A stretch of DNA of 64,000 nucleotides from Candidatus Sulfobium sp. Lineage in GTDB: Bacteria; Nitrospirota; Thermodesulfovibrionia; Thermodesulfovibrionales; UBA6898. The stretch covers positions 1-64,000 of the forward strand of contig JARRRI010000013.1 of NCBI GenBank assembly GCA_037380845.1, written 5' to 3'. Made by a program: the position numbers and the translations under genes. Every line of letters starts with the position of its first letter. Within the stretch, counting starts at the first letter, position 1. Below are positions 48,377-58,522 of this stretch, one piece after another. The notes under the pieces were generated by a model. That model saw only the letters and a list, made by a program, of their open reading frames with translations, was not told the DNA's origin and searched no databases.

Positions 48377-51163
48377 ATGATAAAGCTGAAGATAGACGGA
48401 AGGGACGTAGAGGTCCCTGAAAATACAACGATCCTCCGGGCGGCAAAGATGCTCGATATCCCCGTGCCGACGCTCTGCGCCCATCCGAAGCTCACCCCGT
48501 TCGGGGGCTGCAGGATGTGCATAGTGGCGATAAAGGACATGCCGAAACCGGTGACGTCCTGCAATACCCTTGCGAGGGAAGGGATGGAGGTATCGACCTC
48601 TACCCCGGAAATAGAAGACCTGAGAAGGCTTATTCTCGAACTTATCCTCTCCGACCATCCCAATGATTGCATGGTCTGTGAGCAGGCCGGCAACTGCACA
48701 CTGCAGGAGCTTGCTTACGCCTACGGCATAAGGGAGAACGAGTTTGAAGGGGAGCGGAGGACATACGAGAAGAGGGACGGCAACCACTTCATAGAAAGGG
48801 ACCTGGAGAAGTGCATACTCTGCGGCAGGTGCGTAAAGGTCTGCGACGAGGTCCAGGGAGTGGAGGCCATAGACTTCGGTTACCGCGGCTTCCGGTCGAA
48901 AATATGCACCCCCTACGAAGACGACCTGGACTGCGAGTTTTGCGGACAATGCATCACGGTCTGTCCGACGGGCGCCCTTACCGGCAAACAGTGGCTTGGG
49001 AAGGGAAGGCCGGGTGAACTGAAAGAGGTGGATACGGTCTGTCCCTACTGCGGCACGGGCTGCAATATCACTGTCCAGACGAAACGCAATGAGATATCCA
49101 GGGTTATACCCAGAGAGAATACGTGGAACGAGGGATGGCTCTGTGTGAAGGGACGGTTCGGCTACAGGTTCGTAAACAGCCCGGACCGGCTTAAAAAACC
49201 GCTCATGCGAACCGCTCCCAAACCAGAAGTCGGAATGCAGAAGTTGGGAGAAGACTCCTCACAGCTTACTCCTGACTCCTCACTTTTCAGGGAAACGTCC
49301 TGGGAGGAGGCCCTTGACCATATCGCGTCGCGTCTGGGCGAGATCAGGGCAGCACACGGCCCTGATGCAATCGCCGGACTCTCCTCCGCCAGGTGCACCA
49401 ACGAGGAGAACTACGCATTCCAGAAATTCATGAGGGCCGCTGTGGGGACCAACAACGTAGACCACTGCGCACGGCTTTGACACTCGCCGACGGTGGCCGG
49501 GCTGGCCGCCATATTCGGCTCCGGGGCCATGACGAATTCGATCAGGGAGATCGAGGGGATGGATGTCATCTTCATCGTGGGTTCGAATACCAAGGAGACC
49601 CACCCTGTCATCGCAAACAGGATGATAAAGGCGTACCGCAGGGGCGCAAAGATCATAGTCGCCGACCCAAGGAGGGTGCCGATGGTGAAATTCGCCGAGG
49701 TATTTCTCAAGATGAGACCGGGCACCGACGCGGCCCTGCTCAACGGGATTGCCCATGTCATAGTTAAGGAGAATCTCCAGAACGACGAGTTCATAAGGGA
49801 AAAAACGGAGGGATTTGAGGAGTGGAAAAAGTCCCTGGAAGAGTTTGATCCCGGGAGCGTCGAGGAGATAACAGGGGTGCCGAAGGAGGATATCGTCATG
49901 GCCGCGAGAATCTACGGCGGCTCGCGGAGGGCCGGCATCTTCTACACCATGGGAATCACCCAGCATACCTGCGGGACCGACAACGTAAAGGCGGTGGCCA
50001 ACCTGGCGACGCTCACGGGGAATATCGGCCGCGAATCTACCGGCGTGAACCCTCTGAGGGGACAGAACAACGTGCAGGGCGCTACGGACGCGGCCTGCGT
50101 ACCCGACGTTTATCCCGGCTACCAGAAAGCAGACTCGCCTGAAGTAAGGAAGAAGTTCGAGGAGGCGTGGGGCAGGGCGCTGTCACCTTCCCCCGGCCTG
50201 ACGGCAACCCAGATGATAGACGCCGCTTCTGGCGGCGAAATAAAGGCGATGTACATCATGGGTGAAAACCCGGTCATCACCGACCCTAATATGAATCATA
50301 CCGTAAAGGCTTTGGGAAGCCTTGATTTTCTCGTGGTGCAGGACATCTTCATGACCGACACGGCACGTCTTGCGGACGTGGTGCTGCCGGCGGCATGCGC
50401 CTTCGAAAAGGACGGGACCTTTACGAACACCGAGAGAAAGGTGCAGCGGGTGAGACAGGCGGTCCTGCCGCCGGGAGAGGCCCGGGACGACCTGTCGATC
50501 ATTACCGCACTGTCGAAGCGACTGGGGTACCCGATGGAATACTCTTCTCCGGAAGAGGTGCTGAGTGAATTCGGCCGGCTCTGGCCCAATCTTGCGGGAA
50601 TTACGTACCGGCGTCTTGAAGAAGGGGGGCTTCAGTGGCCGTGCCCCTCCGAAGGGCATCCCGGGACCGGGTTTCTTTACAAAGACGGCTTCCCCAAAGG
50701 GAAGGTGCGTTTTGCACCGGTGGGGTTCTGTCCTCCTGCGGAGATTACGGACGACGAGTATCCTTTTATCCTCACTACCGGAAGAAATCTCTTCCAGTAT
50801 CATTCCGGCTCTATGACCAGGAGGGTCATGTCGATAGAAAGCCACGCCGGCGAGCCCTATGTGGAGGTCAGCGTCCCCGACGGGGAGCGGCTCGGAATAA
50901 GACAGGGAGACAAGGTGCGGGTATCATCCAGACGCGGCGGGATCACGGTCAAGGCCAGGGTCACACCGAGGGTCCCGGAAGGCACGGTCTTCATCCCGAT
51001 GCATTACCGTGAGGCCGCCGCCAACTTGATCACCAACGACGCCCTGGACCCGCACGTAAAGATACCGGAATTCAAGGTATGTGCGGTCAGGGTGGAACCG
51101 GTCGAAGAAGAAAGCTCTGAAAATCCTCCCCGGCTGGAGGCTTCGGGAATCCCTGAAAACTGA
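48377..51163 (+). CDS. fdhA: Mo/W-bisPGD formate dehydrogenase alpha subunit, selenocysteine-containing (Sec368)
   Basis: ORFs 48377..49480 and 49493..51163 are in frame across one UGA in DHCARL-U-HSPT; CPYCGTGC, LRGQNNVQG and PEFKVCAV. Confidence 0.95.
49492..49510 (+). promoter_or_regulatory. Bacterial SECIS hairpin of fdhA
   Basis: GGTGGCC-GGGCT-GGCCGCC starting 11 nt after the UGA, as in E. coli fdhF. Confidence 0.75.
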
Positions 51164-51411
51164 AGTTGGCCGCATACCGGCCACAGACATAAAAACCGGC
51201 TTTCTATCGGGTTGCAGGTAATTCCCGTGTGACTTCTTTTTCGATTTGAATGAGACGTCGAATGTGATAACATCATTTTATAGATTGGGAAAGTCTTCAG
51301 GGCACGGCAATTGTCAGACAACCGGATGCGGCATGCCGGATCAGCGGCGTCGGCCGCACTTATTGTAATTACAGAGGAATCCGGGTTGAAGAACCAGGGG
51401 AGGACTGTCCA

Positions 51412-52206
51412 ATGGATAAACCCCATCAGGTGATGCCGGATATCTATATCCTGCCCGCACATTTCCCGATCCCCGGTGCGGGATTTCTTCCGGTCAATGC
51501 ATTTGTCATCAAGGCCGAAGAGCCGGTCCTCGTCGACACGGGAATGGGCATTGACAGCGATGAGTTTATGAAGGCCCTCGAATCGGTCATCGACCCTCAT
51601 GACCTGAAGTGGTTGTGGCTTACCCACGATGATGCGGATCATACCGGCAACATCCGCGGAATTCTCGACGCTGCGCCGGGAGTCAGGCTTGCGGCGAACT
51701 CCCTGGCCGTGCTCAGGATGAGCACGGCGTGGCCGGTACCCATGGACCGGGTCTACTGGCTTAATCCGGGAGACAGCATTACGGCGGGTGACCGCAAGCT
51801 GACCGCCGTCCGGCCGCCCATGTTCGATAACCCGACTACTGTCGGTATCTACGATAATAAGTCGGAAGCCTTTTTCTCCGCTGATTTCTTTGGCGCCATC
51901 ATCCCGTCGCCGGCGCAGAATGTGGATGACGTTGCGGAAGGAGATCTGGCCAAAGGCATGATCAGCTGGGCCAGCGCAGACAGCCCCTGGGCTCATATGA
52001 TCGAGCCGGGCGGATTCGTTAAGGCGCTGGACAGGATTCGCCGGATCGGTCCGAAAACGGTCCTCTCGGCGCACTTGCCGCCGGCGAGGGCAAGGACGGA
52101 GCAGTTGCTGGAGCTGCTTGCGGAGGTGCCTGCGTCGACCCCATTTGTTACTCCGGGCCAGACGGCACTGGAACAGATATTGGCTCAGATGAGGGGCCGG
52201 GGCTGA
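51412..52206 (+). CDS. Metallo-beta-lactamase fold protein (flavodiiron N-domain-like, no flavodoxin domain)
   Basis: VNAFVI...LVDTG, THDDADH, FSADFFG and SAH. Confidence 0.8.
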   Translation: MDKPHQVMPDIYILPAHFPIPGAGFLPVNAFVIKAEEPVLVDTGMGIDSDEFMKALESVIDPHDLKWLWLTHDDADHTGNIRGILDAAPGVRLAANSLAVLRMSTAWPVPMDRVYWLNPGDSITAGDRKLTAVRPPMFDNPTTVGIYDNKSEAFFSADFFGAIIPSPAQNVDDVAEGDLAKGMISWASADSPWAHMIEPGGFVKALDRIRRIGPKTVLSAHLPPARARTEQLLELLAEVPASTPFVTPGQTALEQILAQMRGRG

Positions 52207-52524
52207 CAGGGCGGAGCCGTCGTCCTTCTTTGCTGAGATATCTGTCCCTTCTTCTCCTTGCGGACTGTTACACTTCGAAAAACCTCGCTCATCGCGGGAG
52301 TTGTAATCCTGATCACATACAACGTCCTTCTTCTCTGGTATCTTTTGAGCGATGGGAATGCACGACACGACAACACCAACCGTTTATTAAGAAAACTTAA
52401 CTTCTCTTTTTGCTTCCCCTTATGTATTGTTGTAATAAAGCCGGCTTAACAAGGAGGTGATTTGGTTGTAACCCGGCGGTCGAACAACAGGATGCAAATT
52501 CACTATTTTTCGAAGGAGGAGAAA

Positions 52525-53270
52525 ATGTTCAGGAGCACTCTTTTTGCTGTCTTGACAGGCCTTATCGCTGTTTTCGCTTTCGGCACGGCATATGCCGGTT
52601 CTGCACAGGCTGACCAAAACCTGATATACGCATATTACAGCGTCCATGACGGCGCTAATAATATGTCGGTTGTCCAGACGACGACAACCTGCTCGATTCC
52701 GACCCCTGCCTTCAAGCAGGCATTCACCTATACTCCCGTCACGGACCCGGTGATAGCCTGTGATCCGGCTGAAGCGAAACCCATAGGAGTCGGCGACATC
52801 GCCCAGGGTGGCGGCAGCCTCGAGATCAATGTGGACGTCGGCCCGTTCGATGAGCCGGTCGATGTTTCGTTGGGCATATTTGACGCATCATTTGACGCTT
52901 CCAATATATTCTTCATAAATGTGTATAATGAGATCACTTCACTTCAGGACGAATTTGCAGACGCCTCGGACGTGCAGGGCGGACTGGTCCAGAACAATCC
53001 TCCGGGCCAGTCAAACGGGAAGAAAAACTTCAAGAGGCTCGTACTCCTCCGGGCCAGTCAAACGGGAAGAAAAACTTCAAGAGGCTCGTACCATGGAAAA
53101 GCAATGTGCTTGAGGTGCACGACACTATAGCCTCTGCCGACGTGGCGGACCTGCCGCCCGGATTATATGTACTCATACTTAATGTTACGCGGTCAAGCCC
53201 GGCAAATAACAATTACGACCGCTTTTACCGCTGGGTAACCTATTTCATCGTTCCCGACAATGTCCAGTAG
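52525..53270 (+). pseudogene. Secreted hypothetical protein frameshifted by a 47-bp tandem duplication
   Basis: Signal peptide; removing one copy of 52998-53044/53045-53091 restores a frame ending YRWVTYFIVPDNVQ* just before a terminator-like hairpin. Confidence 0.8.
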
Positions 53271-53285
53271 CTGACAGAGTTTGAG

Positions 53286-53311
53286 GTCCGCTGCCTCCCG
53301 GCAGCGGACCG
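53286..53311 (+). terminator. GC-rich hairpin after the secreted-protein gene
   Basis: GGTCCGCTGCC-TCCC-GGCAGCGGACC; weak U-tract. Confidence 0.6.
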
Positions 53312-53517
53312 TTTCCGCCTGGTGGCTGTCCCCGGTTATTCGAACATGCGCCTTTCAGGTCACCACCATCCCTCCCGTTTGCTCCCTCGGCATGACATGC
53401 TTTGGTGCCTGACAGACCCTATCGCGGCCCTGGTTTTGCTTAGGAAATTGCACATCAAATATCTGGTAAAGATTTGCGGACAAAGGCCAAATGAGCACAT
53501 AGAATCAAGAGGGAAGA

Positions 53518-53594
<77 letters not shown>

Positions 53595-53794
53595 TCTATG
53601 GATAATAATTTCACAAGGCAGTGGATGTCAAGTTATACGCCTGCGGACGCTGAAAGGTGCAATCCTCCTTTGCTTTCTTTATCAAGGGGGGAATTAATAC
53701 AAACCAACGCCGGGCTATAATCCAGCCCGGCTTACCGACATCGGGTATAATATGAACGTCCGGAGAAACAGCGGCGGCCGGCCGCATTGAAACC

Positions 53795-54568
53795 ATGAAT
53801 GCATTCGACACTATAAAGATATTGAGAATTAGAGACAGTTCGGCGGAGGAGATAGAGGATGTCGTTGCGGTTGAGAAAAAGGTGAGGATATCAGTGAACG
53901 GCAGGCACGCCCTCAGCCTCTACTGCACGCCCCTGATGGTCCGTGAGTTCGTAGTGGGGGTCATCCATAACGAGGGACTTATAAACGGCGAATGGTGTGC
54001 GGAAAGGGTCAGCATAGAGTACGACGATGATATTATGGTGGACGTGCCTTCGTCGGGCCGGCTTAGCGAGGGTGAGAGGATCATCACCTCCGGCTGCGCC
54101 GGGGGCGTGAGCATGGGGGCCGAACCTCCGGGCATTATATCGGATAATACCACCTTTGAAGCCGAAATCGTCAGGAATACCTTTGGGGAGTTCCAGAAGA
54201 AATCGGAAGGATACAGGGCAACGGGCGGCGTTCACAGCGCGGCCCTGACGGACGGCTTACACATCCTGGCCTTTGCCGAGGACATCGGCAGACATAACGC
54301 AGTGGATAAGGTTATAGGGTATTGCCTCCTCGAAAATATTCCCTTCCGGGGAAAGATCATGCTTGCCAGCGGAAGGCTGTCTTCGGAGATCGTATCGAAG
54401 TGTGCCCGCTGCCGGATACCCGTGATCGTCAGCAGGGCAGCGCCCACCAGCCTTGCCGTAAAAATAGCGGAATCGTCGGGTTTGACGCTGATCGGTTTCG
54501 TGCGCGGCAACAGGATGAATGTGTACGCCGGCAAGCATAGGATTATCCTGCCCAAAAACGGCAGTTAA
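53795..54568 (+). CDS. fdhD: Formate dehydrogenase accessory sulfurtransferase
   Basis: TSGCAGG, TGGVHSAA, EDIGRHNAVDKVIG and SGRLSSE. Confidence 0.95.
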   Translation: MNAFDTIKILRIRDSSAEEIEDVVAVEKKVRISVNGRHALSLYCTPLMVREFVVGVIHNEGLINGEWCAERVSIEYDDDIMVDVPSSGRLSEGERIITSGCAGGVSMGAEPPGIISDNTTFEAEIVRNTFGEFQKKSEGYRATGGVHSAALTDGLHILAFAEDIGRHNAVDKVIGYCLLENIPFRGKIMLASGRLSSEIVSKCARCRIPVIVSRAAPTSLAVKIAESSGLTLIGFVRGNRMNVYAGKHRIILPKNGS

Positions 54569-54617
54569 GGGAGCCGGCAAGAGCTCTTGCAGGAACAAGA
54601 AAGCAGGAAGGCATTTT

Positions 54618-54695
54618 TGCCGCGGATCAATGCGGATGCCAAGGGATTTTTTATCCTTAACCGTATTTATCCGTGTTTATCCGTGTTCAGCGTGA
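54618..54695. repeat. Short-unit palindromic repeat between convergent genes
   Basis: GCGGATCAATGCGGAT ... ATCCGTGTTTATCCGTGTT. Confidence 0.5.
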
Positions 54696-54705
54696 CTAAG
54701 AAGTT

Positions 54706-55683
54706 TTACAAGTCCAGGATCTTGCGCCTCAGGATTGTGATCTCGAAGCTGATGGCCGCCATCGTGATGAGGGTGCTGATCCAGTTGAGCCCGGCATCGA
54801 GAACGGAGTTGTTTCCGTTGTCGGCGTAGAGAAGGCCGACGATCTTTTCTCTTATGAGTATCGGAAATACAAGGCAGTCCTGCGGTGTGCCGGAAAGAAG
54901 CGCCATGAGAGGCTCGTTGTCGGAGACCTTCAGAAGAGGTCCCCGGTAATAGTTTTTTCTTCGGATGACATCGGAAAAAACGGAATTCGAACCCAGAGGC
55001 AGTTCGGCATTATCGATATTTATGCCCCTGGACTTCCAGCCCGCCGCCTTGTCACCCTTGATAATGAATATTACGGCCCGCCTCGCGATCTTTTTGGAAT
55101 GACTCAGGAGGAGCCCGATGATCTCTTCTTTTCCCTTTGCGTCGGCAAATTCCTCTTTGACCTTTCTCAGCTGTTCCTTCGTTTCATCCCTGGTTGACGC
55201 CTTCTCCTCTTCTTCTTCCTTGCCGAAGATGCTTATATACCTCAGGTCCCTCTCCGCGCCGTAGTATTTTTCCAGGGCATAAAGCAGTCTCAGTTCCGTA
55301 ATGGCGTGAGGTACGATGTCATATCCCGTTATGAACCTGAGTTCGTCGACATGCGCCATCGCCCTGGGGTCCATCATCGCCACGTACAGCCGGTTGCGTT
55401 CTTTTCTGAAGGGGACCACCTTGTATTTTTCGGCGGTCTCGCTCCCTATACATGAGATCGTTTCGTTATCTACCGAGGCGAGTTGGCCTGTGTCGACGGA
55501 CGGTACCCTGAAGTACCGGCTCAGGAAGGAAAGCAGGTCCTTTTCCGACATGATGCCGAGTTCGACGATATTCGTGCCCAGCCTGCCCCCGAAGATGACC
55601 TGCCTTTCCAGCGCCAGCTTGAGCTGCTCCCTGGTTATCAGGCTCTCTTTTACCAGCGCTTCTCCGAGTTTCAGTACCTTCAT
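54706..55683 (-). CDS. MshEN/T2SSE-N domain protein with a GAF-like C-terminus and no ATPase domain
   Basis: KLGEALV...QLKLALERQ...RLGTNIVELG; VAMMDP; FPILIREKIVGLLYAD. Confidence 0.75.
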   Translation of the reverse strand: MKVLKLGEALVKESLITREQLKLALERQVIFGGRLGTNIVELGIMSEKDLLSFLSRYFRVPSVDTGQLASVDNETISCIGSETAEKYKVVPFRKERNRLYVAMMDPRAMAHVDELRFITGYDIVPHAITELRLLYALEKYYGAERDLRYISIFGKEEEEEKASTRDETKEQLRKVKEEFADAKGKEEIIGLLLSHSKKIARRAVIFIIKGDKAAGWKSRGINIDNAELPLGSNSVFSDVIRRKNYYRGPLLKVSDNEPLMALLSGTPQDCLVFPILIREKIVGLLYADNGNNSVLDAGLNWISTLITMAAISFEITILRRKILDL

Positions 55684-56935
55684 TTCAAGCCGTATTTCTG
55701 GAGCCTGTGCCGGAAGGAGCGAAAAGTGAGGTTCAGAAGTTTTGCCGCTTCGGTCTTAACGCCCTGAGACCTGTCAAGCGCCTTGAGAAGATAGTCTTTC
55801 TCGACGTCCTCCATAAACCTCTCAAGGTCGAACCCTCCGTCTATGTCGGGCAGACCCCTGAATTCCTCCGGTGTCCCCTTGATCTCTTGAGTTGCAGTGC
55901 CTCTGGTGAGACCCTCTTGGAATTGCCCGAGAATTTGCCCAGGAAATGGTCCAGCAAAAGCGGGATGTCCTGTTTTCTCTCCCGGAGCGGGGGGACGGTG
56001 ATCGGGATTACGTTGAGCCGGTAATATAAATCTTCCCTGAAACTGCCGGAGGAGACATGTTCCACGATGTTCCTGTTGGTGGCGCAGATAACCCGCACGT
56101 CCACCTTGATGTCCGTGGTGCCTCCGACCCTTCTGAATGTGCCGTTTTCTATCACCCTCAGCAATTTCGACTGCAGTGCCAGGGGCATCTCCCCGATCTC
56201 GTCGAGAAAAAAACTTCCGCCGCTCGCTATCTCGAATAACCCCGCCTTGTTGTGAACCGCCCCGGTAAATGAGCCCTTCACATGTCCGAACATCTCTGAT
56301 TCCAGGAGCCCCTCCGGGAAAGTGGCGCAATTGATGGTTACAAAGTTCCTGCCACTTCTGGGGCTCAGGTTATGAAGTGCCGAGGCCACGAGCTCCTTCC
56401 CCGGTCCGCTCTCTCCCGTGATAAGCACCGTGGAGCTGCTCTGGGCCACACGGGGGATCAATTTGAAGAGTTCCTGCATTCTGGTGCTTTTGCCGATGAT
56501 ATTTTCCAGCCTGAAAGACGACTGGAATTTTTCGCGCAGGAGAATGAGTTCGTCGCTTAATCTCTTCTTCTCGAAGGCCTTCCTGACTATGAGTCGTATC
56601 TCGTCTATCTTGAAGGGCTTGTTTATGTAATCGTATGCGCCCTTTTTCATAGCCTCGATCGCCGATTCGGTCGTGCCGAAAGCCGTTACCATGATGACGA
56701 TCGTTTCCGGATGCACCTCTTTTACCAGGTTAAGGACTTCAAAGCCGTCGGCGCCGGGCATCTTGATATCGGTGATTACCAGATCGAAGATATTGTTCCC
56801 GATAGCCTCCATGCCTTGGAGGCCGTCAGGAACTGCCGCTACGTCATAGCCCTCTTCTTCGAGAAGTATCTTAAGTACTTCCCTCATGCTCTTCTCGTCT
56901 TCTATGACGAGAATTTTCCCCTTGGTGTCTTCCAT
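55680..56935 (-). pseudogene. pilR: Sigma54-dependent response regulator PilR, internally deleted and frameshifted
   Basis: REC and AAA+ domains (GSFTGA, FREDLYYRLNV) break after PEALQL at about 55890; the Fis HTH (TEAAKLLNLTFRSFRHRL) is in another frame; the WxGNVREL segment is absent. Confidence 0.85.
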
Positions 56936-58517
56936 TTTCCCTGTGTAGTATAATCTCAAAGACCGTCTTAATTCCAGGATTGCTCTTTACGGTGAGCCGG
57001 CCGTTATGTTCCTCTATGATGCGGTAGGCGATAGAAAGTCCAAGCCCTGTGCCCCCGTCTTTTGTGGTAAAGAAAGGGTAGAAAATTTTTTCCGAACCGG
57101 AGGGATTTATTCCGACTCCGGTGTCGGAAAAAGCGATCCTGACAAAGTCCGGGCTGCTGCCGGTCGATACCGCCAGTTCACCCCCGTCCTTCATGGCCTC
57201 AATGGCGTTTACTCCGAGGTTCCAGAATACCTGTCTGATCTTCTGAGGGTCGGCGGCGGCGAAGAGAGGGCCGTCGAAATCCTTTTTTATGGTGATGTTG
57301 CCCCTGTTTTGTTCTATGTTTTCAAGGAGTGAAAGAGTTTCGTCAAGAAGCAGGTGGAGGTCGGTATCTTTGAGGTCCGGGGGCCGCGAACTGGAATAGG
57401 TCAGAAAGTCCGATATGATGTCGTTCAGCCGCTCCATTTCGTTTACCGCTATACTCATCAGCTGATCCCTGTGTTTCGGGGGGATCCTGTTGTCCCTCAG
57501 CATCTCGATCGATCCCCTCATCGACGCGATCGGATTTCTGATTTCGTGTGCGATATTCGCCGACAACTCTCCTATGGCGGCCCATTTCTCCTTTTCCTTG
57601 ACCTCGGCTTCGAGCTGTTTTATCTGGGTCAGATCCTGAAATACGCCGATGAAGCCCGTCTGCCTGCCGCTGAGGTCTTTGACGTCCGTCACCGTTATCC
57701 CGATTATCTTGCGGCCCCTCTTGTCCGACTCCAGTATGCCCTCGCGGCGGCCTTCCAGGAAAGGGAAGGTAAGAAAGGGCATGGCGTTCCCGATTTTCGA
57801 ACCTATCACCGCCTCTCTGCGTATGCCGGTGATCTTTTCGGCGGCACGGTTGAAGATGAGGACATCGCCGCCCAGGTCCGTAGTGAACAGGCCGCTGGGC
57901 AGGCTTTCTATCACCTTGACATTGAAGAATTCGAGGTCTTTGAGGTTCGAGTCTTTTTTCGCAAGTTCCTGTCTTGTCCTTTCGAGACTGGAGGAAAGAT
58001 ATCCGCTGAGGTAGGCGGTGACATAGAGTGCGAGTATATGGATGAATATATTGTAGAGAAATTCCTTTTCCGGAATCGAAGAATCATAGGGAAGAGGCAG
58101 CAGTCTGTAAAACTGGAGGTCCAGGAGTATCCCGTAAAGGATACTGCTCAGGCTGGCGGTAACGTATCCCGCTTTCTTGTCCAGGATAATGCTGGAAGAT
58201 AAAACCGTGAGGATCAGCATGAACGATAACCAGCTCTCTATCCCCCCCGCAATGTAAATCAGACAGATTTCGGACAGCACGTCGAGGATCAGCTGTACGT
58301 AAGTAAAAAGGTGCAGATTTTTCAGTCTTCCGATCAGAAGAGAGTAAACGATGGTCAGAGAATACTGGGAAATGATGAACAGGGAAATAGCCTTTGGGTG
58401 GGCATAAAAATATTCGACCTTGAAAAGATAAGCCGATCCCAGGAGAAGCGTGACGAAGAAGGCCCTGAAACCTGTCAGGGCCTTCAGCCGCGTAATCAAG
58501 ACATCCTGTGAGGGCAT
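56871..58517 (-). CDS. pilS: Sensor histidine kinase PilS
   Basis: Multi-TM N-terminus, PAS, AHEIRNP, NAIEAM, DTGVG and PFFTTK..GTGLGL. Confidence 0.88.
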   Translation of the reverse strand: MPSQDVLITRLKALTGFRAFFVTLLLGSAYLFKVEYFYAHPKAISLFIISQYSLTIVYSLLIGRLKNLHLFTYVQLILDVLSEICLIYIAGGIESWLSFMLILTVLSSSIILDKKAGYVTASLSSILYGILLDLQFYRLLPLPYDSSIPEKEFLYNIFIHILALYVTAYLSGYLSSSLERTRQELAKKDSNLKDLEFFNVKVIESLPSGLFTTDLGGDVLIFNRAAEKITGIRREAVIGSKIGNAMPFLTFPFLEGRREGILESDKRGRKIIGITVTDVKDLSGRQTGFIGVFQDLTQIKQLEAEVKEKEKWAAIGELSANIAHEIRNPIASMRGSIEMLRDNRIPPKHRDQLMSIAVNEMERLNDIISDFLTYSSSRPPDLKDTDLHLLLDETLSLLENIEQNRGNITIKKDFDGPLFAAADPQKIRQVFWNLGVNAIEAMKDGGELAVSTGSSPDFVRIAFSDTGVGINPSGSEKIFYPFFTTKDGGTGLGLSIAYRIIEEHNGRLTVKSNPGIKTVFEIILHRENGRHQGENSRHRRREEHEGST

Positions 58518-58522
58518 TTCCC

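Noticed and set aside
48377..49480. fdhA as two genes or a nonsense pseudogene
   Set aside because: The UGA falls at the Mo/W-ligand position with a SECIS-like hairpin, so it is a Sec codon
52998..53091. Possible mini CRISPR array
   Set aside because: The two copies abut with no spacer, lie inside a CDS and have no cas genes nearby
51170..53517. Integrated island at the 3' end of tRNA-Pro separating fdhA from fdhD
   Set aside because: Position is suggestive, but I found no integrase and no duplicated tRNA 3' end (att site)
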